Shown one piece after another: positions 50,901-59,666 of a stretch of DNA of 64,000 nt. Where the stretch lies: positions 43,772,001-43,836,000 of the forward strand of contig NC_042997.1 of NCBI RefSeq assembly GCF_006345805.1. Reading direction: 5' to 3'. Position 1 is the first letter of the stretch, and every line of letters begins with the position of its first letter. Made by a program: the position numbers and the translations under genes. The stretch is from Octopus sinensis. Its lineage: Eukaryota. The notes under the pieces are model-generated. The model saw only the letters and a list, made by a program, of their open reading frames with translations, was not told the origin of the DNA and made no database searches.

Positions 50901-53900
50901 TATTTCATTGAATCTTGTAATATTTTCATGTGAAGTCAGTGTCTGTCTGGTTTTCTTTATCAAACCTATCTTGGTAATTCCTGGCAGAAATACATCCACA
51001 AGCATTAAAAAGATTATTTCACTGTGTAGTTCGTTTGAGTCAAAATTTAAAACTAAAGTGTGTCTTATAGTTCATGTTGTTGTTGTTGAATAGCTTTGAT
51101 TAGATCTCTGGCATAAAAATGGATTTCTAGCCACCATGTTCCCATCGTATGTTGTCTAAATATTTAACCATTGCTGCTATAAACAAATGCAATAGAATAC
51201 AAATTGACGTTTTGGTTTTAAGGATCATCAGATCAGTGTCACACAGATATGAAATTAATTAAGATATTTCAATTAAATGCTTTGTAAGCAGTATTAAAAT
51301 TCTTATCAAAGTTTTTTTTTTTTATTAATTTTAAATTAACCCCTTTGACATGGCAACTAATATTGCATTAAATAATTTCAGCAAGAGGGGGACTCACTTA
51401 TAGAGAAAGCCAGTATATTGCTGAGGTTATAGCCCAGACTGGTAAGTACCTTTTTCCATTCACCATATCTATTACAAAGCTATATTTCTCAAATCCATTT
51501 CGACGTTTTTACTTTTACAGTGGATTAGATAATTGTCAATACAAGATATTTCAACCCATGCATAACACTGAAAGATTTTCTAAACTCACAAATTAAAAAG
51601 CATTTTTTTTTTGTGTGTATAAAGCAAAAGCAAGTCATAAATTTTATCTAAAGCCCAAATGCTATTTTCCACAGTATGTTTAGCTGTGTCTAGTCCATGC
51701 TGCCTCAATTTGTACATTGTTTATTTTTACCAGTTGAATATACGTACTCTGCTCACAGTTCAAGAAATGCCATCTTCTGTCATCTATCATCGTCCCTGTT
51801 TTCCATAGATTTTAACTGTTGCTAACTCAGTGTTTAATACTTTATTCTGATATTCTTAATGATGCTCCTTTGACACAAAGCTTCTGATTTATGCGGAAAT
51901 AGAAGTAAAACTGAATGAGATACATGCTTTTCCACTGAACCTTAGTCATTCATCATCATCATTTAACATCCATCATCCATGTCGACAGACAGTTTAACGG
52001 GCTGGCAAGCCAGAGAACTACACCAGGCTCCATTGTCTGCTTTGGCATGGTTTCTGTGACTGGATGCCCTTCTTAACACCAACTACTTTACAGAGTGTAC
52101 TGGGTGCTTTTTTTTTACATGGCACCAGCATTGGCAGGGTCACTAAGTAACTTGCAAGACAAAGATCCCAAACTGAGGAGGGGAGTAGTATTGAGAGAGA
52201 TGGTTTGGGGCCAGCTGAGAGGTTAAAGTATAATAGAAAGATAGAGATAGGTGCCTTGCTATAGAGGAGACACTAAAGAAAAGAGAGAAAAGATAGTTAG
52301 GAAGAGAGAGAGAGAGATGGTGGAGATCTGTTGAGAGATACCAAAATGGTGCAGTGAGGGTGAATATAAGTGGTACAGAGGATTAGTCAAGGTGAGTGAC
52401 AATGGGGATAGAGGGAGTGTTTCATAAGAGTGTGAGGCAGGATGGTTAGCGATGGAGCAGAGATGACTAGCAAGTGATGGTGAGAGAAATAGGAATGGCT
52501 CAGTGGAGTTTTAGTAGATATGTGAGAAAACAGAAAATCTGAAAGCAATGCACTGGGAATTGCTGGATTAAAAGTTTGGTAGCAATTCAAATAATAGCAG
52601 AACCTTGCAGTACAAGTGCCCCATTGTACAAGTAATTTGCTGTATAAGCCAAGACTCGTGCGAATTTTTGTTTTAAAGTACAAGCACATGAGTCATCCCA
52701 TCTTTAAGGTAATTCACTTAATAAAACCAGTTTCATCATCATCGTTTAACGTCCGCTTTCCATGCTAGCATGGGTTGGATGGTTCAACCGGGGTCTGGGA
52801 AGCCAGAAGGCTGCACCAGGCCAGTCTGATCTGGCAGTGTTTCTACAGCTGGATGCCCTTCCTAACGTCAACCACTCCGTGAGTGTAGTGGGTGCTTTTT
52901 ATGTGCCACCGATACAGGTGCCAGACGAGGCTGGCGAACGGCCACCATATATCTTTTGCATTCTTTTTTTTAAAATTGTCCTTTTACTTGTAGCTACACT
53001 TTTTCTGTTTTAAAACCCATAAAAAATTATTTTTGAGTGGTTTTGATGGGCTGGAACGGATTAATTATATTTTAGTTAATTTCAATGGGGAAAATTGATT
53101 TGTAAAAACGAGTAACGCATAAGGCAAATTCGGTCATGGAACGAATTAAACTCGTTCTGTGAGGCATCACTGTATGTCTAAGATTTTGTAAAGTGAGTTT
53201 TATTGCCTTAATCTATTTAACTGAAACTTTGTCAAACAATTCGCACCAGAAAGTGTATTTAGATGTGAAAGACCAGCAGCGTCAATGTGAACCAATTAAA
53301 TTATACCAACACTAATTTAACTCTAGTTTATCATGTATACAGCATGCATGAGTTATTTAGTCTCTAATTATTTTTATTTTTCTATGCCAGTCAATGTGTG
53401 GAGGCACGTGGCTTAGTGGTTAGGGTGTCACCATCATGATCGTAAGATTGTGGTTTTGATTCCTGGACCAGGCGACGCGTTGTGTTCTTGAGCAAAACAC
53501 TTCATTTCACGTTGTTCCAGTTCACTCAGCTGGCAAAAATGAGTAACGCTGCAATGAACTGGCGTCCCGTCCAGCTGGGGAACACACACACCATTGAAAC
53601 CGGGAAACTGGGCCCATGAGCCTGGCTAGGCTTTAAAAGGGCGTATTTATTTATTTATTTTATGCCAGTCAATGTACAATCTCATATATTTACTTAGTGA
53701 TTCTTTCATCAGTACTTCAGTAATTATTATGATAGTCATGCTTCACTGATTAGGTCCATAATAAGAGCAAAATATGTCCTGAATTGTCTTGAGTACTTAC
53801 TGAAATAATTAAAATATTAATTATCAACTAATATGGATCAGGTAATGAAGGTTACGGAGAGGGTCATAGCCCAGCTAATTAGAGAGAGAGTTAGTTTAGA

Positions 53901-56020
53901 TGAGATGCAGTTTGGGTTCGTGCCAGGGAAAAGTACCACTGATGCTATATTCCTGGTAAGGCAGCTGCAGGAGAAATACCTAGCCAAAGATAAGCCCCTG
54001 TACCTGGCTTTTGTTGACATGGAGAAAGCCTTCGACAGGGTCCCCCAATCCCTTATCTGGTGGTCAATGAGGAAACTAGGGATAGATGAGTGGTTAGTGA
54101 GAGCTGTGCGAGCCATGTACAGGGACACCGCTAGTAAGTACAGTGAAGAATTCCGGGTAGAGGTAGGGATCCACCAAGGCTCAGTCCTCAGCCCCCTCCT
54201 ATTTATCATAGTCCTGCAGGCAATAACGGAGGAATTCAAGATAGGATGCCCCTGGGAGCTCCTCTATGCTGATGACCTTGCTCTAATTGCTGAGTCACTA
54301 TCAGAACTGGAGGAGAAGTTTCAGGTGTGGAAACAAGGATTAGAATCGAAGGGCCTTAGAGTCAATCTAGCTAAAACCAAAGTCCTAATAAGTAGGAAGG
54401 TAGACCAATCACAAACGCCTTCAGGTAGATGGCCCGGCTCGATCTGTAGAAAAGGTGTAGGTAGAAACTCTATAAGATGCATCAAGTGTAAGCTATGGAC
54501 ACATAAGAGGTGCAGCAATGTCAAAGGAAGGCTAACTAGGAAGATGGTTTTTGTATGTGGCAGATGCTCAGGAACAATAAACACTGAAAATGCTCTGAGA
54601 CCAACTTCTGCCACATTCCAGGGAGAAAAACTAGAAATAGTTGGTCACCTAGGTAACGAAAGCTATCAAGTCAGTAGCGGGGGTGGGTGTGCTGAAAGTG
54701 TAACTGCTAGAGTAAGAATAGCTTGGGCAAAGTTCAGAGAGCTTTTACCTCTGCTGGTGACTAAAGGCCTCTCGCTCAAAGTAAAAGGCAGACTGTATGA
54801 TGCATGTGTACAAACAGCCATGCTACATGGCAGTGAAACATGGGCCGTGACTGCTGAGGATATGCGTAAGCTCGCGAGGAATGAAGCCAGTATGATACGA
54901 TGGATGTGTAATGTCAGTGTTCATACTCGACAGAGTGTAAGTACCTTGAGAGAAAAGCTGGACCTAAGAAGCATCAGAGACGTTTGCGCTGGTATGGTCA
55001 TGTGGCAAGAATGGATGAAGATAGTTGTGTGAAAAAGTGCCACACCCTAGCAGTTGAGGGAACCTGTGGAAGAGGTAGACCCAGGAAAACCTGGGACGAG
55101 GTGGTGAAGCACGATTTTAGGTCTCACCGAGGAAATGACTAGAGACCGAGACCTTTGGAAGTATGCTGTGTGCGAGAAGACCTGGCAGGACAAGTGAGAC
55201 CATAACCCGTGGCCTCTACATGGGATGTAGCCAGTCCACTTATGCATACCTTTCCTTCTTGGGACACAAAACTCTACTTGTGAAGACCTGTTGAGGCAAG
55301 TGAAAATCAAAATCGAAATCGATCAACATCAATGGAAATTGCAGCTGTGATACCAGTGCCGGTGGCACGTAAGAGAACCATCCGAATGTGGCCGTTGCCA
55401 GCGCCGCCCCGACTGGCCTCGTGCTGGTGGCACGTAAAAAGCACCATCTGATCATGGCCATTGCCAGCCTCGCTTGGCCCCCATACTGGTGGCACGTAAA
55501 AAGCACCATCCGATCGTGGCCATTTGCCAGCCTCATCTGGCTCCTGTGCCGGTAGCACGTAAAAAGCACCCACTACACTCATGGAGTGGTTGGCGTTAGG
55601 AAGGGCATCCAGCCATAGAAACATTGCCAGATCAGACTGGGCCTGGTGCAGCCTTCTGGCTTCCCAGACCCCAGTCGAACCGTCCAACCCATGCTAGCAT
55701 GGAAAGCGGACGCTAAACGATGATGATGATGATGATGATGGTGGATTTTTTTTTTTTCCTCATCACATAAGTATTTCTAGTCAGCCTTTTAATATTCCAA
55801 GCATTAAACATGTTGCAGTTATTCAACTAAAGTCTTGTTTTTTTTTATTCTAGGAAGAATATCTGCTCTTGACATAGTTGAAGTTAATCCCCTCCTGGGA
55901 ACACAAATGGAACAAGAAAAAACAATCAGTGTTGCAAAAGATTTTGCACTCACCATCTTTGGTAAACAACGATGTGGAACCCTGCCACCCCGTTTCACTT
56001 TTTCAGGACGTCCCTCATAG
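15841..56020 (+). CDS. ARG: Arginase (ureohydrolase family), 5'-partial spliced gene; 6 exons, 732 nt, 243 aa + stop
   Basis: Exons join in frame through GT-AG introns with compatible phases (266+57+105+77+60+167 nt). Motifs GGDHS, WIDAHADIN, HGMP, YIGLRDVD, SFDID, TGTP, GGLTYRE and EVNP appear in the expected order. Confidence 0.96.
16336..16714 (-). mobile_element. SINE family A, head truncated
   Basis: Reverse complement of family A. Confidence 0.88.
16756..17099 (-). mobile_element. tRNA-headed SINE, family D, full length
   Basis: Minus-strand A box tggctcagtggtt and B-box-like gagctcgaatccc; 11-bp TSD tttgtgtagta (16745-16755, 17100-17110). Confidence 0.88.
17430..17781 (-). mobile_element. 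SINE family A, degenerate
   Basis: Family A body with (TA)n. Confidence 0.75.
19357..19722 (+). mobile_element. SINE family A, older variant
   Basis: Head and tail motifs recognisable. Confidence 0.75.
19970..20385 (-). mobile_element. SINE family A
   Basis: Full-length reverse-complement copy. Confidence 0.9.
20770..21187 (-). mobile_element. SINE family A
   Basis: Full-length reverse-complement copy. Confidence 0.9.
22152..22550 (+). mobile_element. SINE family B
   Basis: tRNA-like head and gcatggaaaaggggacgttaaa(tga)n tail. Confidence 0.78.
23098..23345 (-). mobile_element. SINE family F with a 3x16-bp tandem duplication in the head
   Basis: (gctaacgattctgcca)3 at 23286-23333. Confidence 0.8.
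25710..26110 (-). mobile_element. SINE family B, degenerate
   Basis: Same module order as 5340-5783. Confidence 0.65.
27063..27317 (-). mobile_element. SINE family F, full length
   Basis: 13-bp TSD tttttggtatcat (27050-27062, 27318-27330). Confidence 0.88.
28339..28649 (+). mobile_element. SINE family A, 3'-truncated
   Basis: Family A head and body. Confidence 0.85.
29430..29900 (-). mobile_element. Decayed RTE RT fragment
   Basis: Minus-strand VHQGLVLSP, LLFIIV and GCPWELLYTD match the ORF at 53833. Confidence 0.75.
30567..30814 (-). mobile_element. tRNA-headed SINE, family E, inserted into an older SINE relic
   Basis: 14-bp TSD gactctagattata (30553-30566, 30815-30828); homologous to 53398-53660. 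Confidence 0.88.
31810..32213 (-). mobile_element. SINE family A
   Basis: Full-length reverse-complement copy. Confidence 0.9.
32672..33430 (+). mobile_element. DINE-1/Helentron-like non-autonomous element, interrupted by a family C SINE
   Basis: Subterminal inverted repeats acctctgcc / ggtggaggt, a GTCT microsatellite near the 5' end, and a 3' hairpin gcgctc-tct-gagtgc. Confidence 0.65.
32918..33299 (-). mobile_element. tRNA-headed SINE, family C
   Basis: 12-bp TSD agtattcttgta (32906-32917, 33300-33311). Confidence 0.92.
33449..33663 (+). mobile_element. SINE family F
   Basis: ggcagtgagctggcagaat head plus core domain. Confidence 0.8.
33812..34225 (+). mobile_element. SINE family B, degenerate
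   Basis: Homologous to 22152-22550; (TGA)n tail. Confidence 0.7.
34812..35398 (-). mobile_element. RTE 3' end (ORF2 terminus and 3' UTR) with a duplicated ~112-bp segment
   Basis: Matches 55120-55740; direct repeat at 35059-35170 and 35286-35398. Confidence 0.82.
35808..36224 (+). mobile_element. SINE family A
   Basis: Full-length copy. Confidence 0.9.
36526..37981 (+). mobile_element. Tc1 (DD34E) transposon with pseudogenised transposase
   Basis: KYGGGSVMVW, IFVQDN and WPPQSPDLNPIKNVW in broken frames; inverted repeat remnants at about 36541-36612 and 37747-37817. Confidence 0.9.
38440..39605 (-). mobile_element. Decayed RTE-clade RT fragment (second RTE lineage), interrupted by a family C SINE
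   Basis: ORF 39354-39599 has KGIKQGDTFSSKLFTACLE...INDKQLTHL, resembling KGVRQGDxISPKLF...HLRFADD. The left boundary is approximate. Confidence 0.7.
38770..39158 (+). mobile_element. SINE family C
   Basis: A box tggcccagtggtt, B box ggtttcgattccc; 14-bp TSD agatgtactccttt (38756-38769, 39159-39172). Confidence 0.93.
39875..40078. mobile_element. pogo/Tigger-like MITE just upstream of arginase exon B
   Basis: Inverted ends tatattctggcatac / gtatgccagaaaata; TA at the left flank. Confidence 0.5.
40127..40183 (+). CDS. ARG: Arginase exon B (57 nt): (C)ISAHDLVYIGLRDVDAVE(R)
   Basis: Long pyrimidine tract plus ttgtag acceptor; donor gtagcg; phase 2 at both ends; conserved YIGLRDVD. Too short for the ORF track. 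Confidence 0.95.
40225..40660 (-). mobile_element. RTE (Expander/Rex3-like) 3' fragment
   Basis: Minus-strand LDRVHSSEIWESLWVELLPLYIEKS resembles DRVRSSxIRxxLGVEPLLLxIExS. Confidence 0.55.
42005..42453 (-). mobile_element. SINE family A, degenerate
   Basis: Clear head at 42295-42453; diverged body. Confidence 0.75.
43031..43135 (+). CDS. ARG: Arginase exon C (105 nt): WLIEKLGICTFSMQELDDLGIAAVLKTALSTVDP(E)
   Basis: Acceptor ttttctag; donor gtgagt; matches the arginase LGIxxFSMxExDxLGI segment. Confidence 0.95.
43730..44065 (+). other. Unassigned CpG-rich multi-hairpin segment (candidate structured RNA copy or promoter-like sequence)
   Basis: Six hand-verified stems; see findings. Confidence 0.4.
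44085..44495 (+). mobile_element. CR1-group LINE 3' fragment with (ATT)n tail
   Basis: LPYSERL...SLKLR...HGHAYKVRK...RKHFFTLRVAEAWNKLP is a typical CR1 ORF2 C-terminus; near-identical copy at 58577. Confidence 0.88.
46058..46260 (-). mobile_element. SINE family F
   Basis: Core domain on the minus strand. Confidence 0.78.
47253..47640 (+). mobile_element. SINE family C
   Basis: 11-bp TSD ttcccctattt (47242-47252, 47641-47651). Confidence 0.93.
47888..47940. repeat. (GA)n microsatellite
   Basis: Seen directly. Confidence 0.95.
48326..48402 (+). CDS. ARG: Arginase exon D (77 nt): [25 protein letters not shown]
   Basis: Acceptor ttttcag; donor gttagt; SFDxD Mn ligands and TGTP motif. Confidence 0.96.
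48552..48936 (-). mobile_element. SINE family C
   Basis: 11-bp TSD cataatactgt (48541-48551, 48937-48947). Confidence 0.93.
51382..51441 (+). CDS. ARG: Arginase exon E (60 nt): (A)RGGLTYRESQYIAEVIAQT(G)
   Basis: Acceptor atttcag; donor gtaagt; GGLTYRE motif. Confidence 0.95.
52733..52948 (-). mobile_element. RTE 3' UTR fragment
   Basis: Reverse complement of 55520-55735. Confidence 0.85.
53030..53174. mobile_element. pogo/Tigger-like MITE end
   Basis: Ends ...gaggcatcactg-TA, a typical Tigger-type terminus; the other end was not found. Confidence 0.45.
53398..53660 (+). mobile_element. SINE family E, full length
   Basis: 15-bp TSD tatgccagtcaatgt (53383-53397, 53661-53675); (TTTA)n tail. 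Confidence 0.92.
53833..55740 (+). mobile_element. 5'-truncated RTE-clade LINE: RT ORF2 remnant, tandem-repeat 3' UTR, (GAT)n tail
   Basis: QFGF, FVDMEKAFD, GIHQGSVLSP and LYADD motifs; embedded PHD-like finger; small deletions and a frameshift near 54980. Confidence 0.95.
55854..56020 (+). CDS. ARG: Arginase terminal coding exon (167 nt): RISALDIVEVNP...FGKQRCG...RPS*
   Basis: Acceptor ttttattctag; DIVEVNP motif; TAG stop at 56018-56020. Confidence 0.96.
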
Positions 56021-56682
56021 TAAAATGTAGTTTAATCAACTGTTGGGTTTCTTTTTCTATTTTTCAAACTTATTTTATTTTATTTTTTTTACTTTAAATG
56101 AAAATATTTATAAAATATACACTTTAACGTACTAGAGCAACTTGTGCATACTTTCTTCTTTTTTTAAATTATTCAATAAGATTTAAAACTATTTTTGATT
56201 TTTATTAATTTTTTCTCCTGTTTCTAAAATATTTTCTATTAAAAAAAACGATATTTGCTGTGTATTTAATTTTGTATTCTTGATATACACGATTCCTATT
56301 TACACTTAAGCATAATTCTAAAGAATAATACCAAAATACAATTTGAATTTTACATTTAGATATCAGCAGCTGTTCTCAGACTAGTTGCTGTGAAAGAAAT
56401 ATTTGGACTTCAGCATAAATGAATTTAACATTTTGTCAATAAGCACTAAGAACTTTTAATAATGACAAACTGGCAATTACTGAAATTTTCACCTGAAAAA
56501 ACTAATGCCCATATATTTTAAATTTTAGTGTCTACAGATTTGAAGAATTATAAATATATTACATTATATAAAGATACCAATTTATTAAACTGATGCAGAA
56601 GCCTCTGTGAGGTTGCTTAACCTGCTAAATATAGAAGACAAATCTCCCTCGAATCCCTCCCTTCCAGCTTGAAGAAAAGATA

Positions 56683-56942
56683 TATTGAATAATTTAGACC
56701 TAGGTAAAATATGTCTGAAAAAAAAAGGGGTGGTCACAGCTGGACTATTTTTGATCATAGGTCTGACCAATCGAGACTTACCTGGGGCTAAACAACAACA
56801 ACCAGCTTTTTGTAGCTGATAAGAACTGCTGAGCAGTCATTCTGAATTCAATAGCATTTCAACTTTGCTTGTTTCTGTTATGTCAGTTGGACTGGAATAC
56901 TGTCAAAACCATTCTGTTGAATTAATTAATGGTGTATAGTTT
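56683..56942 (+). repeat. Local direct duplication, copy 1
   Basis: About 260 bp, nearly identical to 57805-58067. Confidence 0.92.
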
Positions 56943-57042
56943 CAAAACTAAAACCAAATCTTATGGCCTAATTGAATTTAGCAGTCTATTCCTTTTTCAC
57001 AAATGAAAGTGTTTTTTCTACTAATTTAACAGGTTTTTTTTA

Positions 57043-57052
57043 AATAAATAAA
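57043..57052 (+). promoter_or_regulatory. Candidate arginase poly(A) signal (overlapping AATAAA x2)
   Basis: First canonical AATAAA I found after the stop, followed by a T/GT-rich stretch. The AT-rich background makes this weak. Confidence 0.3.
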
Positions 57053-57531
57053 ACATTTTAACACATTTTGTTTTAATGACACCTTGTCTTCTCTGTCGCA
57101 AAATGTTTACATATATCTTAAAATTTCACTGAAATCTTGTCTACTTTAAATATTCCTCCTCCACTTTTTTTAAATTCAATTGGCCTTATGTAATGACTTT
57201 ACTCGAGTATTTTCATAATAGTATGTAAAATATTACCACAAATAATTGTCTTCTGGCGCTACCTGACATCTTTCACTGTTGGAATGTAAATAATAACACT
57301 GACATTTTTAATAAGGTGTTCAAAAACCTAACTGGTGTCAACAATTATGAAAATAAAACATCTTATTTCCATTCTAATAGAAAAATCTTTTGTAATTTTC
57401 TACTTATAAACTTCTGTACAATCTTTGTTATGCTTTGTTAAAGCAAAAACTTTTCAATTCAGAGACCTTAAAAATATAAGTCTCATAAGAAAAATAAAGA
57501 AATACTCTGAGTTTCATATGCAAAGTTGCTT

Positions 57532-57708
57532 TTAACCCTTGAGCATTAAAACCACAGCCACTCACAACTACCCTGCAATGTCATTTTAAAAGTAAACAAT
57601 CATATCCTTGAAATCTGAAAGCTATGAGATAATGCATGATTAATTCAAAGCAATTTGAATTAATAAGAATTACATGTAATGGAGTAATCTGAATGCGAAA
57701 GGATTAAA
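57532..57708 (+). mobile_element. piggyBac-like MITE, internally deleted
   Basis: ttaacccttgagcatt...aatgcgaaaggattaa. Confidence 0.7.
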
Positions 57709-57804
57709 TTATTATCAAATGCTAAATTTTTTCTTTTTTTTTTTTGTCTTTTCTGAATATGCACTGCTGTAATTGGAGTGAATCTTCTATGCCATAAAAT
57801 ACAC

Positions 57805-58067
57805 TATTGAATAATTTAGACCTGGGTAAAATATGTCTGAAAAAAAAAGGGGTGGTCACAGCTGGACTATTTTTGATCATAGGTCTGATCAATCGAGACT
57901 TACCTGGGGCTAAACAACAACAACAACCAGCTTTTTGTAGCTGATAAGAACTGCTGAGCAGTCATTCTGAATTCAATAGCATTTCAACTTTGCTTGTTTC
58001 TGTTATGTCAGTTGGACTGGAATACTGTCAAAACCATTCTGTTGAATTAATTAATGGTGTATAGTTT
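57805..58067 (+). repeat. Local direct duplication, copy 2
   Basis: See 56683-56942. Confidence 0.92.
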
Positions 58068-58576
58068 TTCTTCTAATTTCATTTTCATGAGTGAACTGCA
58101 GAGTTGAATTGATTCAAGTTATGTTTTCAAATATATATAATAAAAAAAAAGGACACCCAAGTACCTTGGTGTGGCTACACATTTCTATGTTCAAAGGTTT
58201 AGAAATGTCAAGCAATTTCTTACTTTAGCCTTTCAATATTTTTCTCAGAAGTCAAACATGTTGTTACTTCAAGCTGCAAAATCACAAATTATCATTGTTT
58301 GGTGTGGATGGTTTCTGCTTTGTTTTCATATCCATTTGTATCACTTCTATGCTTATGTAACAGTAACAGAATTAGCTGAAACAGCTGTGACGTTGGTGCG
58401 TCTTTCACAGCCCAGATCACTTGAGAATTTAAAATTAGTTCTGCAAACTAGTAAAATGATTATACTGCATTCTTATTCTTTGATGTAAAGGCAGGTTTCC
58501 AGGATACAATCTTATAAATACAGACAGAGACAGACAGACAGACAGACACACTCACACACAGAAACGTATGTATATA

Positions 58577-58881
58577 TACCACCTCACCAACAACAACACT
58601 GAACACCTTTTTGATCTCCATGTGTCCAACACACGTGGACATGCCTACAAAGTCAGAAAACAACACAGCTCCCATGACTTTCGGAAACATTTTTTCATGC
58701 TCAGAGTTGCTGAAGCATGGAATAAACTGCCTGCGTCAGTTGTTGACTGCCATGACACTGCATCCTTTAAGGCCCTCATGCTTTCCGAAATCCACCGAAA
58801 CTACACCTGATTATATATACACTTTAGATGAGTTGTAGTGCACCTGAGCACTGTACACAATTATCATTATTATTATTATTA
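58577..58881 (+). mobile_element. CR1-group LINE 3' fragment
   Basis: Near-identical to 44188-44495. Confidence 0.88.
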
Positions 58882-58885
58882 TATA

Positions 58886-59654
58886 CAGTGGGTAGCAAAA
58901 GTATTTCACACATCAATTTTTTATAAATTTCACAATAAAAAAATCATTCAATTTCGAATGATACTTCAAATGTTTTAATGAACATTGTCTAATTAAGGAT
59001 AGAGGAAAATTGAGAAACATTGTTTTTATGTACTTTTATTGCCAATTTTTGAATTTGATTGTTTGCGAAAGTATTTATGAATGCAGCAAAATACAAAATA
59101 CAAGCAAATCTTATCAACCCATCTATTAAAAAGTGCAACAAGCTTTAGAGCAGGACAATGATCCAAAAAGCACGTGGCTAAAACAACTCCATGCTGGTCC
59201 AATCAAAATGGAATTTATGTTCTGGAATGGCCTAGCCAGCCATTCGATCCCAATCCAATAGAAAATTTATGGAAAAAGTTGAAGTTGAGAGTACACGCAA
59301 GAGATCCAAAAAATATCAAGGAACTGAAGGAAATCTGTGAAGAAGAATGGGTGAAACTGCCAAAATCTTTATGCAAGAAGCTCATTGAAAACTACAGAAA
59401 ATGATTAGAGGCTGTAAGGCAGAACAGAGGATATGCTACTAAATATTAACAAATCGTGTTAAATACTTTTGCACACAGTCAAATTAAAAAATTGACAATG
59501 AAAGTACATAAAAACAATGTTTCTCAATTTTCCCCTATTTTTAGTTAGACAATGTTCATTAAAATATTTGAAATAAGTATCATTCAAATCGAACGATTTT
59601 TTAATTGTAAAATTTATAAAAACCAATGTGTTTGAATACTTTTGCTGCCCACTG
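58886..59654 (+). mobile_element. Internally deleted Tc1 element with ~190-bp TIRs
   Basis: TA-cagtgggtagcaaaagtatt ... aatacttttgctgcccactg-TA; retains QDNDPK and WPSQPFDPNPIENLW. Confidence 0.92.
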
Positions 59655-59666
59655 TACATACATATA

